Counted from the stretch's first letter, positions 8,593-16,917 are shown. The stretch is DNA of 32,000 nt from Nitratidesulfovibrio vulgaris str. Hildenborough (GCF_000195755.1 NC_002937.3:3120001-3152000), one strand, 5' to 3'. Numbers and translations: made by a program. The notes: a model not told the origin generated them from the letters alone.

Positions 8593-10673
8593 CAGGCATC
8601 GTCTCTCCCGGCGCACCCGTGGCCTCCGCCACGCTCGCCGCCATGACGGAGAGTCTCGCCCATCGCGGGCCCGACGCCTGCGGCCTCTTCATCCGGCCTT
8701 CCGGGGCGGGTAGCCCCCATGTGGGACTCGGGCACCGCCGCCTGTCCATCCTCGACCTCTCCGACGCGGGCGCACAGCCCATGCAGAGTGAGGACGGGGC
8801 GTTCACGCTGGTCTTCAACGGCGAGATATACAACTACCCCGACCTGCGACGCGACCTTGAAGCCGCCGGGCACATCTTCCGTTCGACGTCCGACACCGAA
8901 GCCATCCTGCGCGGCTACATGGCGTGGGGCGAAGGTGTCGTCGCACGTCTCAAGGGCATGTTCGCCTTCGCCCTGTGGGACGAACGAAAGCGCAGCCTGC
9001 TGCTGGCCCGCGACCGCTTCGGCAAGAAGCCCCTGCACTACGCCGTCACCCGGCAGGGCACGCTGCTCTTCGCCTCCGAACCCAAGGCACTTCTCGCGCA
9101 CCCCGAATTCCGGCCCGAACCCGACGCCGCATCGCTTCTCCATTTCCTGCGCTACGACTATGTGCCCGCACCGCGTTCCATCTACGCCGGGGCCGCCAAG
9201 TTGCCGCCTTCGCATCTCATGGTGTGGCGCGACGGACGTCTTGAAGTGCGGCGTTACGCCAGCCTCGCCTTCTCCGGCGCGACCGGGGACCGCGGGGTTC
9301 CGCTGCGCGAGGCCGAAGCCGCCGTGGACGCGCTTCTCGACGCTGCCGTACAAAGACGCCTCGCCAGCGACGTGCCCCTCGGCGTCTTCCTCTCCGGCGG
9401 TCTCGACTCGTCAACGGTGCTTGCCTACATGACGCGGCACATCCCCGCCCACGACATCCGCACCTTCGCCATCGGCTTCGACGAAGCAAGCTACGACGAA
9501 TCGGCCCATGCCGAGGCCATGGCGCGCCATGCCGGGTCGCACCACACCATGATGCGCCTGCCCGCCGCGCGGATGCTCGACCTGCTGGACATGGTGTGGA
9601 CCACGCAGGACGAACCCATGGCCGACGCCTCCATCATCCCCACCCTGCTGCTGTGCCGTTTCGCGCGCGAACACATCACCGTGGCGCTGGGGGGCGACGG
9701 CGGCGACGAACTCTTCGCGGGCTACGACCCCGTGCTTGCCGACCTGCCCGCCCGCTGCCTCGACTGGCTGCCCCCGGCGGCCCTGCGGCTGCTACAGGGC
9801 ATCGCGCTGCGGCTGCCCACGGGGGACGCCAACATGAGCCTCGGCTTCAAGGTTCAGCGTTTCCTCTCCGGTCTCGGGGCACGCGAGGTGGCTGCACGCC
9901 ACCAGACATGGCTGGGGGCGTTCGACGACGAGGGGGCACGTGCCATGCTGCACCCCGACCTGCGCGCCGCCACACGCGACGTCTCGCCCCTCGACGCGCT
10001 GGACATGCTGCGCGAGGAGTGCCGCGACGCCTCACGGTTCGACGCCATGCTCCACTTCTACCAGCGCTTCTACATGTGCGGTTCCATTCTCACCAAGGTG
10101 GACAGCGCGAGCATGGCGGTCTCGCTGGAGGTGCGCTCGCCCTTCCTCGACCAGGACCTTGCGGACTACGTCAACAGGCTTCCGCGTGAGCACAAGTTGC
10201 GCGGTCTCACCCGCAAGGTGCTGCTGCGCAGGCTCATGCGTTCGCGCATGCCCGATGCGCTACTCAAACGTCCGAAGAAGGGCTTCGGCCTGCCGCTGGC
10301 CCGGTGGTTCCGCCATGAACTGCGGCCCCTCGTGACCGCCATGCTCGACCCCGGTCGCGTGGCGCAGGGCGGCCTCCTCGACCCCGTGACCGTGGAACGC
10401 ATGGTACGCGACCACCTTTCGGGACGCCGCGACCACCGCAAGGAGATCTGGTCGGCCCTGTGCGTCGAGGCATGGCGCGAACGCTACCTGCATCACAGCC
10501 GCGCCACGGCATCCGACACGATAGAATTCGGCACGACGCCCCACGGAGACGGGCACCTCATCACAGCGCAAGCCGTCCCTGCACGGTCTTCGGCTGCCAT
10601 CAACGACTCCACGAACGACAGCCCGTCATGGGCCGCGTCCCCTTCGAGGCACAGATGCAACGACTCAATCTAG
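8580..10673 (+). CDS. asnB: asparagine synthase (glutamine-hydrolysing) family amidotransferase, 697 aa, with low-complexity C-terminal tail
   Basis: Canonical Ntn start MCGIAG. GATase-II motifs HRGPD and LSI.DLS..G.QP. Synthetase PP-loop FLSGGLDSS. Overlaps the GT2 stop by 13 nt. Probably a pathway-specific amidotransferase rather than housekeeping AsnB. Confidence 0.9.
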   Translation: MCGIAGIVSPGAPVASATLAAMTESLAHRGPDACGLFIRPSGAGSPHVGLGHRRLSILDLSDAGAQPMQSEDGAFTLVFNGEIYNYPDLRRDLEAAGHIFRSTSDTEAILRGYMAWGEGVVARLKGMFAFALWDERKRSLLLARDRFGKKPLHYAVTRQGTLLFASEPKALLAHPEFRPEPDAASLLHFLRYDYVPAPRSIYAGAAKLPPSHLMVWRDGRLEVRRYASLAFSGATGDRGVPLREAEAAVDALLDAAVQRRLASDVPLGVFLSGGLDSSTVLAYMTRHIPAHDIRTFAIGFDEASYDESAHAEAMARHAGSHHTMMRLPAARMLDLLDMVWTTQDEPMADASIIPTLLLCRFAREHITVALGGDGGDELFAGYDPVLADLPARCLDWLPPAALRLLQGIALRLPTGDANMSLGFKVQRFLSGLGAREVAARHQTWLGAFDDEGARAMLHPDLRAATRDVSPLDALDMLREECRDASRFDAMLHFYQRFYMCGSILTKVDSASMAVSLEVRSPFLDQDLADYVNRLPREHKLRGLTRKVLLRRLMRSRMPDALLKRPKKGFGLPLARWFRHELRPLVTAMLDPGRVAQGGLLDPVTVERMVRDHLSGRRDHRKEIWSALCVEAWRERYLHHSRATASDTIEFGTTPHGDGHLITAQAVPARSSAAINDSTNDSPSWAASPSRHRCNDSI

Positions 10674-11221
10674 GCTGCGGCCAGTACCCCAAAGCGGGGT
10701 TCCTCAACGTGGACGTGGACCCGCTTGCCAAGGCGGACGTGTTCCACGACCTGTCGTCCTTCCCCTATCCGTTCGAGGATGCGCGGTTCGACCTCGTGGA
10801 GATGGACCATGTGCTCGAACACCTGCCCTCGCCGCGCGACGCCATGCGCGAGATATGGCGCATCCTGAAACCGGGCGGCACGCTACGGTTACGGGTACCC
10901 CACTTCTCGCGCGGGTTCAGCCACTACGACCACAAATGCGGCTTCGACGTGACCTTTCCTCTCTATTTCGACCCCACGTTCCCCGGCGGCTACACGGGCA
11001 TCCCCTTCGAGCATGTGCAGACGCGCCTTGTGTGGTTCGCGCAGCCTTGGCTCAAGCGGCAGGTGCTCGGCAACTTCGCCTTCAATGTGGGCAAGATGCT
11101 GGGGATGGTCTTCGACGCGCTGGGCAACATCGCGCCGCTGGCGACGAGCAGGCTTTTCTGCTTCTGGGTGGGCGGCTACGAGGAGATAACCTTCGAGTTG
11201 CGCAGGCCGACGAACACCTGA
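10655..11221 (+). CDS. class I SAM-dependent methyltransferase (Methyltransf_11-like), about 188 aa
   Basis: MQRLNLGCG(QYPKAGFLNVD) glycine-rich SAM motif at the N-terminus, and later LKPGG. ATG 10655 has GAGG 5 nt upstream. The alternative ATG at 10628 has no SD. Both overlap the AsnB tail. Confidence 0.8.
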   Translation: MQRLNLGCGQYPKAGFLNVDVDPLAKADVFHDLSSFPYPFEDARFDLVEMDHVLEHLPSPRDAMREIWRILKPGGTLRLRVPHFSRGFSHYDHKCGFDVTFPLYFDPTFPGGYTGIPFEHVQTRLVWFAQPWLKRQVLGNFAFNVGKMLGMVFDALGNIAPLATSRLFCFWVGGYEEITFELRRPTNT

Positions 11222-11268
11222 CCCTTGAACGGCTCACGTACCCGGCAACCGGCTCACGCCTCGACCAG

Positions 11269-11317
11269 AATACGACACGCCATGACGGTTTCTCGTCCGT
11301 CATGGCGTGTCGTATTT
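11269..11317. terminator. bidirectional rho-independent-type terminator between convergent operons
   Basis: Perfect 20-bp stem (AATACGACACGCCATGACGG / CCGTCATGGCGTGTCGTATT) with 8-nt loop TTTCTCGT. All 20 pairs were checked by hand. ATTT/AAAT-type ends flank both strands. It lies in the 114-bp gap between stops at 11221 (+) and 11336 (-). Confidence 0.8.
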
Positions 11318-11335
11318 GCGTGCCAGGTCTCTATT

Positions 11336-12781
11336 TCATCCTACCTGAGTTCGCGCGGCCTTGACCTGTGCAATGGCGATACGCAACATGAGCAAAGGAG
11401 ACATGCGAACAGGCACAATTCGCTTGAACAGCAGATTCTTGGTCACGGTATAGATGCATTTAAAAAGAATGTTATTACTGGGCAGCTTCGCCAGACAACG
11501 CAGGAACACTCCACGCAAGACCGGAAAGCGGATGACCAGAGGCCCCAGCAGAACGATGTTCTTCTGGATGTTCTTCTCTTCATCCGTGTAGGTCGTCAGC
11601 TTCGAAAGTTCGCCGGTCGACGTGGGTATGTCGCCATCGCCGCCACATCTTTCGGGCAGGATGCCGTCCTTTTCACACATGTCGTGAATCCGTGTTCCGG
11701 GGAAGGGTGCCATGATTGTGAAGTGACCCAATGTAGGCCGGCACCTGATATTCAAGTCCAGTGTGGCGATGTCGTCAGCGAGCGTGGCACGGGGCATGGC
11801 GAGCATGCTATTGGTGTAGATGGCGATGCCAGCCTCGTTGAACAGGTCGAACGATTCGATGATCTTCTCGTTTGAAACCCTACGGTTGAGTACATCACGG
11901 CGCACTGTCTCGGCCCCTGCCTCTATGGACATGCACACCGAACGACAGCCAGCTTCGCGCAACAGGCGGACCATGTCACGCGTGACCACGTCAGCCCGCA
12001 GCAGGCAATAGAACGGCAGCCCGATCAACCTCGGATACTTTTCAGCAAATTCTTCAAGCCACGAATCAACGCGATACGTAAACGAATCATCAGAAATCTT
12101 GATGTATGATGTCGGATAACGTGCGATGACGTCACGCATCTCGGCAATGAGGTGGTCAACTGAGCGTCTTCTTACGACATGCCCAAGACCTGCATACATG
12201 GCATTGTAGGCATGGTTGAAACAATAGGTGCACTTGAAATGGCAACCTCGTGACGCGGCGAAGGTCTTCAGTGGAAAATCTCTTACGATATGGTTCTTAG
12301 CGTAGACTATATCGCGATCTATAAAAGGCAGGTCGTCAAGGTCTGAGACAAGCGGCCTCAGGGTGACAGGCGTTGTGACCGTTCCGACATTGCGTATCCC
12401 CTCGACATGCCCCTCCCTTCCATACTGTTCAAGAGCTTCTACAAGTGCCTCATCGCCTTCGCCAACGCATATAGCGTTTACAGGGAGCACCATAAGACAC
12501 GAAGGATCGAATGTTGGATGCGGTCCACCTACGATGATGAAAAGGTCAGGGAAGACCATTCGAACCTTATTCAGGACTTGATGCATCATCACTGCATCCG
12601 AACTCATGAGGCTTACGCCAAGCATATCGGGCTGAAAAGACCTGATGGCTTCAATATAGTCTTCAGTCAGAAGTGTCAGGCCAACGATATGCCCTCTCTG
12701 CTTCAAGCTTGCGGAAAGCTGCATAAGCCCGAGAGGATCACCCTCAAGGCTTAATCGCGGATGCAGGAACATGAAGCGCAT
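11336..12781 (-). CDS. cobalamin(B12)-binding-domain radical SAM enzyme (class B), 481 aa; compositionally foreign (low GC)
   Basis: Start MRFMFLHPRL.. is preceded by GGGAGA. The N-terminal B12-binding-like Rossmann region (LGLMQLSASLKQRGH.V..) is followed by RGCHFKCTYCFNH (CxxxCxxC). The ORF-track N-terminal extension (to 13129) overlaps the upstream methyltransferase and is Arg/Gly/Cys junk. Hand counts of four 60-nt lines give 38-47% GC, against 73% in one flanking line counted. Confidence 0.85.
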   Translation of the reverse strand: MRFMFLHPRLSLEGDPLGLMQLSASLKQRGHIVGLTLLTEDYIEAIRSFQPDMLGVSLMSSDAVMMHQVLNKVRMVFPDLFIIVGGPHPTFDPSCLMVLPVNAICVGEGDEALVEALEQYGREGHVEGIRNVGTVTTPVTLRPLVSDLDDLPFIDRDIVYAKNHIVRDFPLKTFAASRGCHFKCTYCFNHAYNAMYAGLGHVVRRRSVDHLIAEMRDVIARYPTSYIKISDDSFTYRVDSWLEEFAEKYPRLIGLPFYCLLRADVVTRDMVRLLREAGCRSVCMSIEAGAETVRRDVLNRRVSNEKIIESFDLFNEAGIAIYTNSMLAMPRATLADDIATLDLNIRCRPTLGHFTIMAPFPGTRIHDMCEKDGILPERCGGDGDIPTSTGELSKLTTYTDEEKNIQKNIVLLGPLVIRFPVLRGVFLRCLAKLPSNNILFKCIYTVTKNLLFKRIVPVRMSPLLMLRIAIAQVKAARTQVG

Positions 12782-12812
12782 TGCCGTCTCCCTGGATTGA
12801 CCTGAGTCTAGC

Positions 12813-13844
12813 CTAACTCGTCCGCCGGTAGACCGACACGAACGACCCCGACTTGCGAAGCCATGCCTGCACGATGTTGAGGGGCAGAAACGCCAGCAGC
12901 AGCCACTTGTAGTACCATGCCCGACCGCGGGTGAGCGGTCGCCGCGTCGACGGTGTTGCCTGAAGGCGGTTCTGTACCGAGAGTGCCCAGTGGTCGGTGT
13001 TGGGCTGGAAGCTACGCGAGGCGAGGCGCAGCCCGCACAGCGCAGCAAGCCTGTCCAGCGACACCGGCCCGAAGAGGTAGGTATGCCGCGGCACATGCAG
13101 CCCGCCCCACCAGCGCCCGGCGACGGCATAGTCCCACGAGTCGGTGTTGGGGGTCTCCACCACGATGTGCCCGCCGGGACGCAGCAGCCGCACGGCCTGT
13201 TCCAGTTCGGCTACGGGGTCGGTGACATGCTCGATGAGGTTGTTCATGATGATGACGTCGTAGGGTTCGGCGTCCTTCATGTCGGCAAGCGTTCCGGTCA
13301 CGACGCGGAAGCCCCGGTCGCGGGCACGTTGCGCGATGTCGTCGATGAACTCCACCCCTTCCGGCACCACATCGGGCCGCGCCTTCACCAGTGCGTCGAA
13401 ATAGGCGGCATCCGCACACCCCACGTCGAGGAGTCTTCCCCCTCGCGGCAACAGACGCCCGTAGGCCCGTACCCGCAGACCGTACACCAGCCTGTAGAGA
13501 AGACCCACCAGCCCCTTCGCCCCGGTATGGAAGCCGTGATAGTGCGGCGGATAGGCGGCTTTGAGCTGTTCGATACCGGGTTGCGGCGTCAGCACCAAAA
13601 GGCCGCACTCGGCGCAATGTCCGAAGCCGAAATCGCCCTCCGCGCCGTATTCGTAGTCGGGCACATGCGCGAATGCCGGTGCAAGCCGCACCGCGCACAG
13701 CGGACAATGCCCGTGCTGCACGCCGCCTGCGTTCTCTTCAACCCTTTCCGTGGGCCTTTCCGTGGGCCTTTCCGCAGGCCCTTCCGTAGGCCTTCCGGCG
13801 GCATCTGCACTCCCGTGCATGCGGTCGTTCGTCGCGTCTTTCAT
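12813..13844 (-). CDS. class I SAM-dependent methyltransferase with N-terminal Cys4 zinc-ribbon and (R/G)P(T/A)E tetrapeptide repeats, 343 aa
   Basis: Zn-ribbon CPLC...(24 aa)...CAECG. SAM motif I is LLDVGCADAAYF, with later motifs IIMNNLIEH and LRPGG. The start ATG overlaps the stop of the upstream gene (ATGA on the - strand at 13841-13844). Confidence 0.85.
   Translation of the reverse strand: MKDATNDRMHGSADAAGRPTEGPAERPTERPTERVEENAGGVQHGHCPLCAVRLAPAFAHVPDYEYGAEGDFGFGHCAECGLLVLTPQPGIEQLKAAYPPHYHGFHTGAKGLVGLLYRLVYGLRVRAYGRLLPRGGRLLDVGCADAAYFDALVKARPDVVPEGVEFIDDIAQRARDRGFRVVTGTLADMKDAEPYDVIIMNNLIEHVTDPVAELEQAVRLLRPGGHIVVETPNTDSWDYAVAGRWWGGLHVPRHTYLFGPVSLDRLAALCGLRLASRSFQPNTDHWALSVQNRLQATPSTRRPLTRGRAWYYKWLLLAFLPLNIVQAWLRKSGSFVSVYRRTS
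13743..13790 (-). repeat. in-frame tandem repeat, 4 x 12 bp (CCTTTCCGTGGG-like), inside the methyltransferase N-terminus
   Basis: Units are cctttccgtggg, cctttccgtggg, cctttccgcagg and cccttccgtagg, with a degenerate fifth unit. They encode RPTEGPAERPTERPTER on the - strand. Confidence 0.9.
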
Positions 13845-14974
13845 CTATCCCCCGAGAGGCGTTCGCGGATGAAGGTCTCGCTCATGGCGGGCAGGCAGCC
13901 GTGGCTGCCGTCGAGACCATAGTACGGGTCGGCGAGGATGTCCTGCTGGATGGCTGCCAGACCCTTCTCGCGCACATTGCCGTACCGTATCTGGATGAGC
14001 GGACACGAGACCACGTCGCCGTAGGGTTGCAGGCCCAGCTTCTCACGCCCGGCGGGGCACTTGATGCGCGTGAGGCTCGAATAGAGGTCGGAACGGTTGT
14101 TGGTCGACTGCGCGAGGAACCAGTAGAAATAGAACCGCGCCTTCTCGGTGAGCATCATGTCCATGCGCCCCCGCAACGCCCCGGTGAGGCAGCAAGGGGT
14201 CACCTGCAACATGCAGCCGTGCTTCTTCGCAAGGTCCATGGTGAAGAGCATGTCGTCAGAGCGCACCTTCTGGTTGGTGAGAATGGTGTTGAGCACCACA
14301 CCCACGCCACGTTTACGGAACGCCTCGATGTTGTGGAACACCTTGCGGTAGCCGCCGCGCACGCGGTTGGCGTCGTGCACGTCCTCGAAGGCGGAGTCGA
14401 AGCCCATCTCCACGGAATCGAGATGGTGTTCCGCAAGGCGGGCGACCTTGTCGTCGTCGAGCAGCGTACCGTTGGTGCACAGGTGCACGTAGCCCTTATG
14501 CCGCGTCTTGATGTAGTCGAGAAGCGCGAAGACCTTCTCCTCCTCCAGCATCGGTTCTCCACCGTTGATGCAGAACTGGAAGGCTCCCATGTCGACAGCC
14601 TCGTCGATGACACGCTGCAATTCGGGCAGGGTGAGCAGTTCGGTCTTCTCACGCACGGGGTCATGGTCACGTCTGCACGAGCACTGCTCGCAGCGGGCAT
14701 TGCAGCGATAGGTGACGGCGATCTCGAGCGAACGCAGCAAACGCTTGCGCCCCCTCGCCGCGTTGACGAACCCCGACGCGACCTTGCCCCAGATATCGGG
14801 ATGCGAGAGCACGATGCGCGCGCTCTGCACCACACGGTTGGCGTGCATCTGCGCGTAGGTGAGGGTACGCCCCCACGCAGAGGCCCACTTGCGGTCGAAG
14901 TCCTCATGGTACGCGGCAAGGCTTCTGCCGTTGGAAAGGGTGCTGGCACGCACCGTGGTCTTCGTCTCTTGCAT
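13841..14974 (-). CDS. radical SAM enzyme with SPASM/twitch-type auxiliary cluster domain, 377 aa
   Basis: AVTYRCNARCEQCSC (CxxxCxxC). GGEPML SAM-binding motif. C-terminal Cys motifs (VTPCCLTG, IKCPAGREKLGLQPYGDVVSCP). Strong SD GGGAGG lies upstream. Confidence 0.88.
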   Translation of the reverse strand: MQETKTTVRASTLSNGRSLAAYHEDFDRKWASAWGRTLTYAQMHANRVVQSARIVLSHPDIWGKVASGFVNAARGRKRLLRSLEIAVTYRCNARCEQCSCRRDHDPVREKTELLTLPELQRVIDEAVDMGAFQFCINGGEPMLEEEKVFALLDYIKTRHKGYVHLCTNGTLLDDDKVARLAEHHLDSVEMGFDSAFEDVHDANRVRGGYRKVFHNIEAFRKRGVGVVLNTILTNQKVRSDDMLFTMDLAKKHGCMLQVTPCCLTGALRGRMDMMLTEKARFYFYWFLAQSTNNRSDLYSSLTRIKCPAGREKLGLQPYGDVVSCPLIQIRYGNVREKGLAAIQQDILADPYYGLDGSHGCLPAMSETFIRERLSGDR

Positions 14975-15055
14975 GTTGCCTCCCGTCGGCGGTGTCCCGC
15001 CGGGCCGACATCGTGCGTCGGCACTGCCTTGCGTGACGCCGCGCGCGTGCGCGGT

Positions 15056-16513
15056 CTAGAAGAACGTCTTGAAGAACGTACGGGCCGTGTCCAGCAGGTC
15101 GGCGGGGCGCAGCCTGCGCAACTGGATGAGGAACGGACGCGGGCGCAGGTAGAACCGCCGCAGGGCGCGCTTCTGCGCCGCAAGCAGTCCTTCGACCGAA
15201 TGTTCGGGCGTCACCCATATGGGCTTGTTGTCCGAAAAAGAGGCGTACGACGAATACCGACGCCAGACTTCGGGGTCGAGAGTGTCGCCGGGGCGCACAC
15301 CGTCGTCGATGATGCCCTCGGCCCGGAGTTGCTCGAAGATGGGCGACCCCGGATATGGCGTCAGGATGGAGAATTGTGCCATGTCCAGCGGCAGGCTGCA
15401 TGCGAAGTCGATGGTGGCGTCACTGTCCTCCGGGCGTTCACCCGGCAACCCGAGGATGAAGAGACCGATGGCGTTGATGCGACTCACCCGCTTCACCATG
15501 CGGATGGCGTCGGCTATCTGGGCCGTGGTCTGCCGTTTGTTGACCGCCGTAAGCAGCCTGTCCACGCCGGATTCGATGCCGAAGTTCATGTCCACGCAGC
15601 CGCCCGCAGCCATGGCACGGACGCTGTCCTCGTCGATGGTGTTGACGTGCGCCTCGCACCCCCAGCGCAGACCGGGAAAATGATGCCGCAGGGCGTCCGA
15701 GAGTTCGATGATGCGCTTCTTGCGGCTGGTGAACAGCGAGTCGCAGAAGAAGATGTAGCCGGCGTCGTACTCGCGCAGCAGCAGGTCGACCTCGCCGATG
15801 ACGGAATCGATGGGCCGCACGCGGATGCCGATGTTCTTGTGCGCCACGCAGAAAGTGCAGCGGTTGACGCACCCCCGGGACGAGAAGAGATGCTTCTCCG
15901 TCTTGCCCTCCGGGGTACGGTACAGACTGAAGTTGGGCGTTCTGGCGAAGCTGTAGAGTTCCTTGCGCGTGAGGTCGCGGGCTGGCAACGGCAGGGTGGA
16001 GAGGTCGCGCACGAAGGCGTGCCCGCCCGTCTCGGCGACCACGCCGTCACGCACATAGGCGATGGAGGGCACGGTGGCGAGGTCTCCGCCTTCCTCGAGT
16101 ACGCGCAACAACGCAGGCATGACCTCTTCGCCCTCACCCCGCACCACCACGTCGCAGCAACCGCTGGCGAGGTACTGCCGTGCATAGATGGTGGCGTGGA
16201 CGTTGCCGAGAAGGACGTGCACCCCCGGCATCTCCTGCCGCAGTCTGCGCCCGAAGGTGTACAGGAAACCGCCGTTGGACGTGAACGAGGTGAAGGACAC
16301 CACCTGCGGGGCCGCATCGCGGATGCGCCGCATGAGCGTCTCCTCATCGAGGTTCTCGGCATAGGCGTCGATGAACGCCACCTCGTGCCCCGCCTCGCGG
16401 CACGCCGCCGCCACGTACAGCAGTCCCAAGGGCTCCATCGTGGAGACGAACGATGCGCCGTCGCCCAGCAGCGCCGCAAGGTCGTCAGGCGGATTGATGC
16501 ACAGAACCTTCAT
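15056..16513 (-). CDS. cobalamin(B12)-binding-domain radical SAM enzyme (class B), 485 aa
   Basis: MKVLCINPP... B12-binding-like N-domain (EPLGLLYVAAACREAGHEV, VVSFTSFT, VVRGEGE). Radical SAM core SSRGCVNRCTFCVAH. SD AAGGA lies upstream. Confidence 0.88.
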   Translation of the reverse strand: MKVLCINPPDDLAALLGDGASFVSTMEPLGLLYVAAACREAGHEVAFIDAYAENLDEETLMRRIRDAAPQVVSFTSFTSNGGFLYTFGRRLRQEMPGVHVLLGNVHATIYARQYLASGCCDVVVRGEGEEVMPALLRVLEEGGDLATVPSIAYVRDGVVAETGGHAFVRDLSTLPLPARDLTRKELYSFARTPNFSLYRTPEGKTEKHLFSSRGCVNRCTFCVAHKNIGIRVRPIDSVIGEVDLLLREYDAGYIFFCDSLFTSRKKRIIELSDALRHHFPGLRWGCEAHVNTIDEDSVRAMAAGGCVDMNFGIESGVDRLLTAVNKRQTTAQIADAIRMVKRVSRINAIGLFILGLPGERPEDSDATIDFACSLPLDMAQFSILTPYPGSPIFEQLRAEGIIDDGVRPGDTLDPEVWRRYSSYASFSDNKPIWVTPEHSVEGLLAAQKRALRRFYLRPRPFLIQLRRLRPADLLDTARTFFKTFF

Positions 16514-16548
16514 GCCCCGAGTCCTTTTTCGGCAGGATGTACGCCACC

Positions 16549-16917
16549 CTACACTTCGAGGGCAAGCCTGTCGCGTTCCTTGTCGTCACGCTCGAACTGC
16601 ACCGCCGTGCCGTAGCACGAGAAGTACTTGCTGCCGTCGGGGTGGAAGGCCACGTTCTCGCTGTAGCCGATGATGGCCTGTGCGCCCTTGTTCACCGCGC
16701 GCGCCGCCATGCCGAAGAAGGTCTCGTCCGAATCGTAGCCGCGGCAGCACACCAGCCCGAGTACGCGCGAAATGGCACGCCCTTCGACCCGGTCGGTGGT
16801 CACCACGGGAAAACGACCGTTGAGAAAGAGTTCGCGAACCCTCTCCATGTTCTCGGTGCGCGGGGTGTTCTCGGCCTTGGCCTTCTTCTTGTCGTTACCG
16901 CCCAGCAGAAACAGCAT
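16549..16917 (-). CDS. small protein, 122 aa; by-eye resemblance to YbjQ/UPF0145 domain with shortened middle and a Lys-rich N-terminal extension
   Basis: Strong SD AGGAGGA lies about 6 nt upstream of the ATG, and a sigma-54 promoter lies about 40 nt upstream. VVTTDRVEGRAISRVLGLV... and ...GAQAIIGYSENV...CYGTAVQFE resemble the ends of YbjQ-family proteins. The confidence value refers to the CDS call; the functional assignment is weak (about 0.35). Confidence 0.7.
   Translation of the reverse strand: MLFLLGGNDKKKAKAENTPRTENMERVRELFLNGRFPVVTTDRVEGRAISRVLGLVCCRGYDSDETFFGMAARAVNKGAQAIIGYSENVAFHPDGSKYFSCYGTAVQFERDDKERDRLALEV

Noticed and set aside
6817-8616. 599-aa - strand ORF opposite the TPR-GT2 gene
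   Set aside because: The sense strand carries canonical GT2/GtrB motifs. The antisense product is compositionally biased junk.
11225-11875. 216-aa + strand ORF beginning in the convergent gap and running into the low-GC gene
   Set aside because: It begins upstream of the bidirectional terminator hairpin and runs through it. It is antisense to the B12-radical SAM gene and has no SD.
12782-13129. N-terminal extensions offered by the ORF track (11336..13129; also 17085..18455, 3821.., 4566.., 8481.., 10460.., 29281.., 18484, 27514)
   Set aside because: In each case an internal start has a proper Shine-Dalgarno and the family-typical N-terminus (e.g. MCGIAG, MRFMFLHP, MDRDTVAG with GGAGGTG). 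The extension overlaps the neighbouring gene or is Arg/Pro-rich out-of-context sequence.
14975-15055. Possible short precursor-peptide ORF (MSARRDTADGRQH...) in the 81-bp gap between the two radical SAM genes
   Set aside because: It has no SD of its own. It runs out of frame into the next gene and belongs to a longer spurious ORF (14904-15401). The gap is better explained by three small GC hairpins plus the GGGAGG SD of the SPASM gene.
13901-16615. 904-aa + strand ORF across the radical SAM genes
   Set aside because: It is antisense to two genes with clear CxxxCxxC radical SAM and B12-domain motifs and good SDs. The product is low-complexity (V/G/A/R/H-rich), and it spans an intergenic gap of the real genes.
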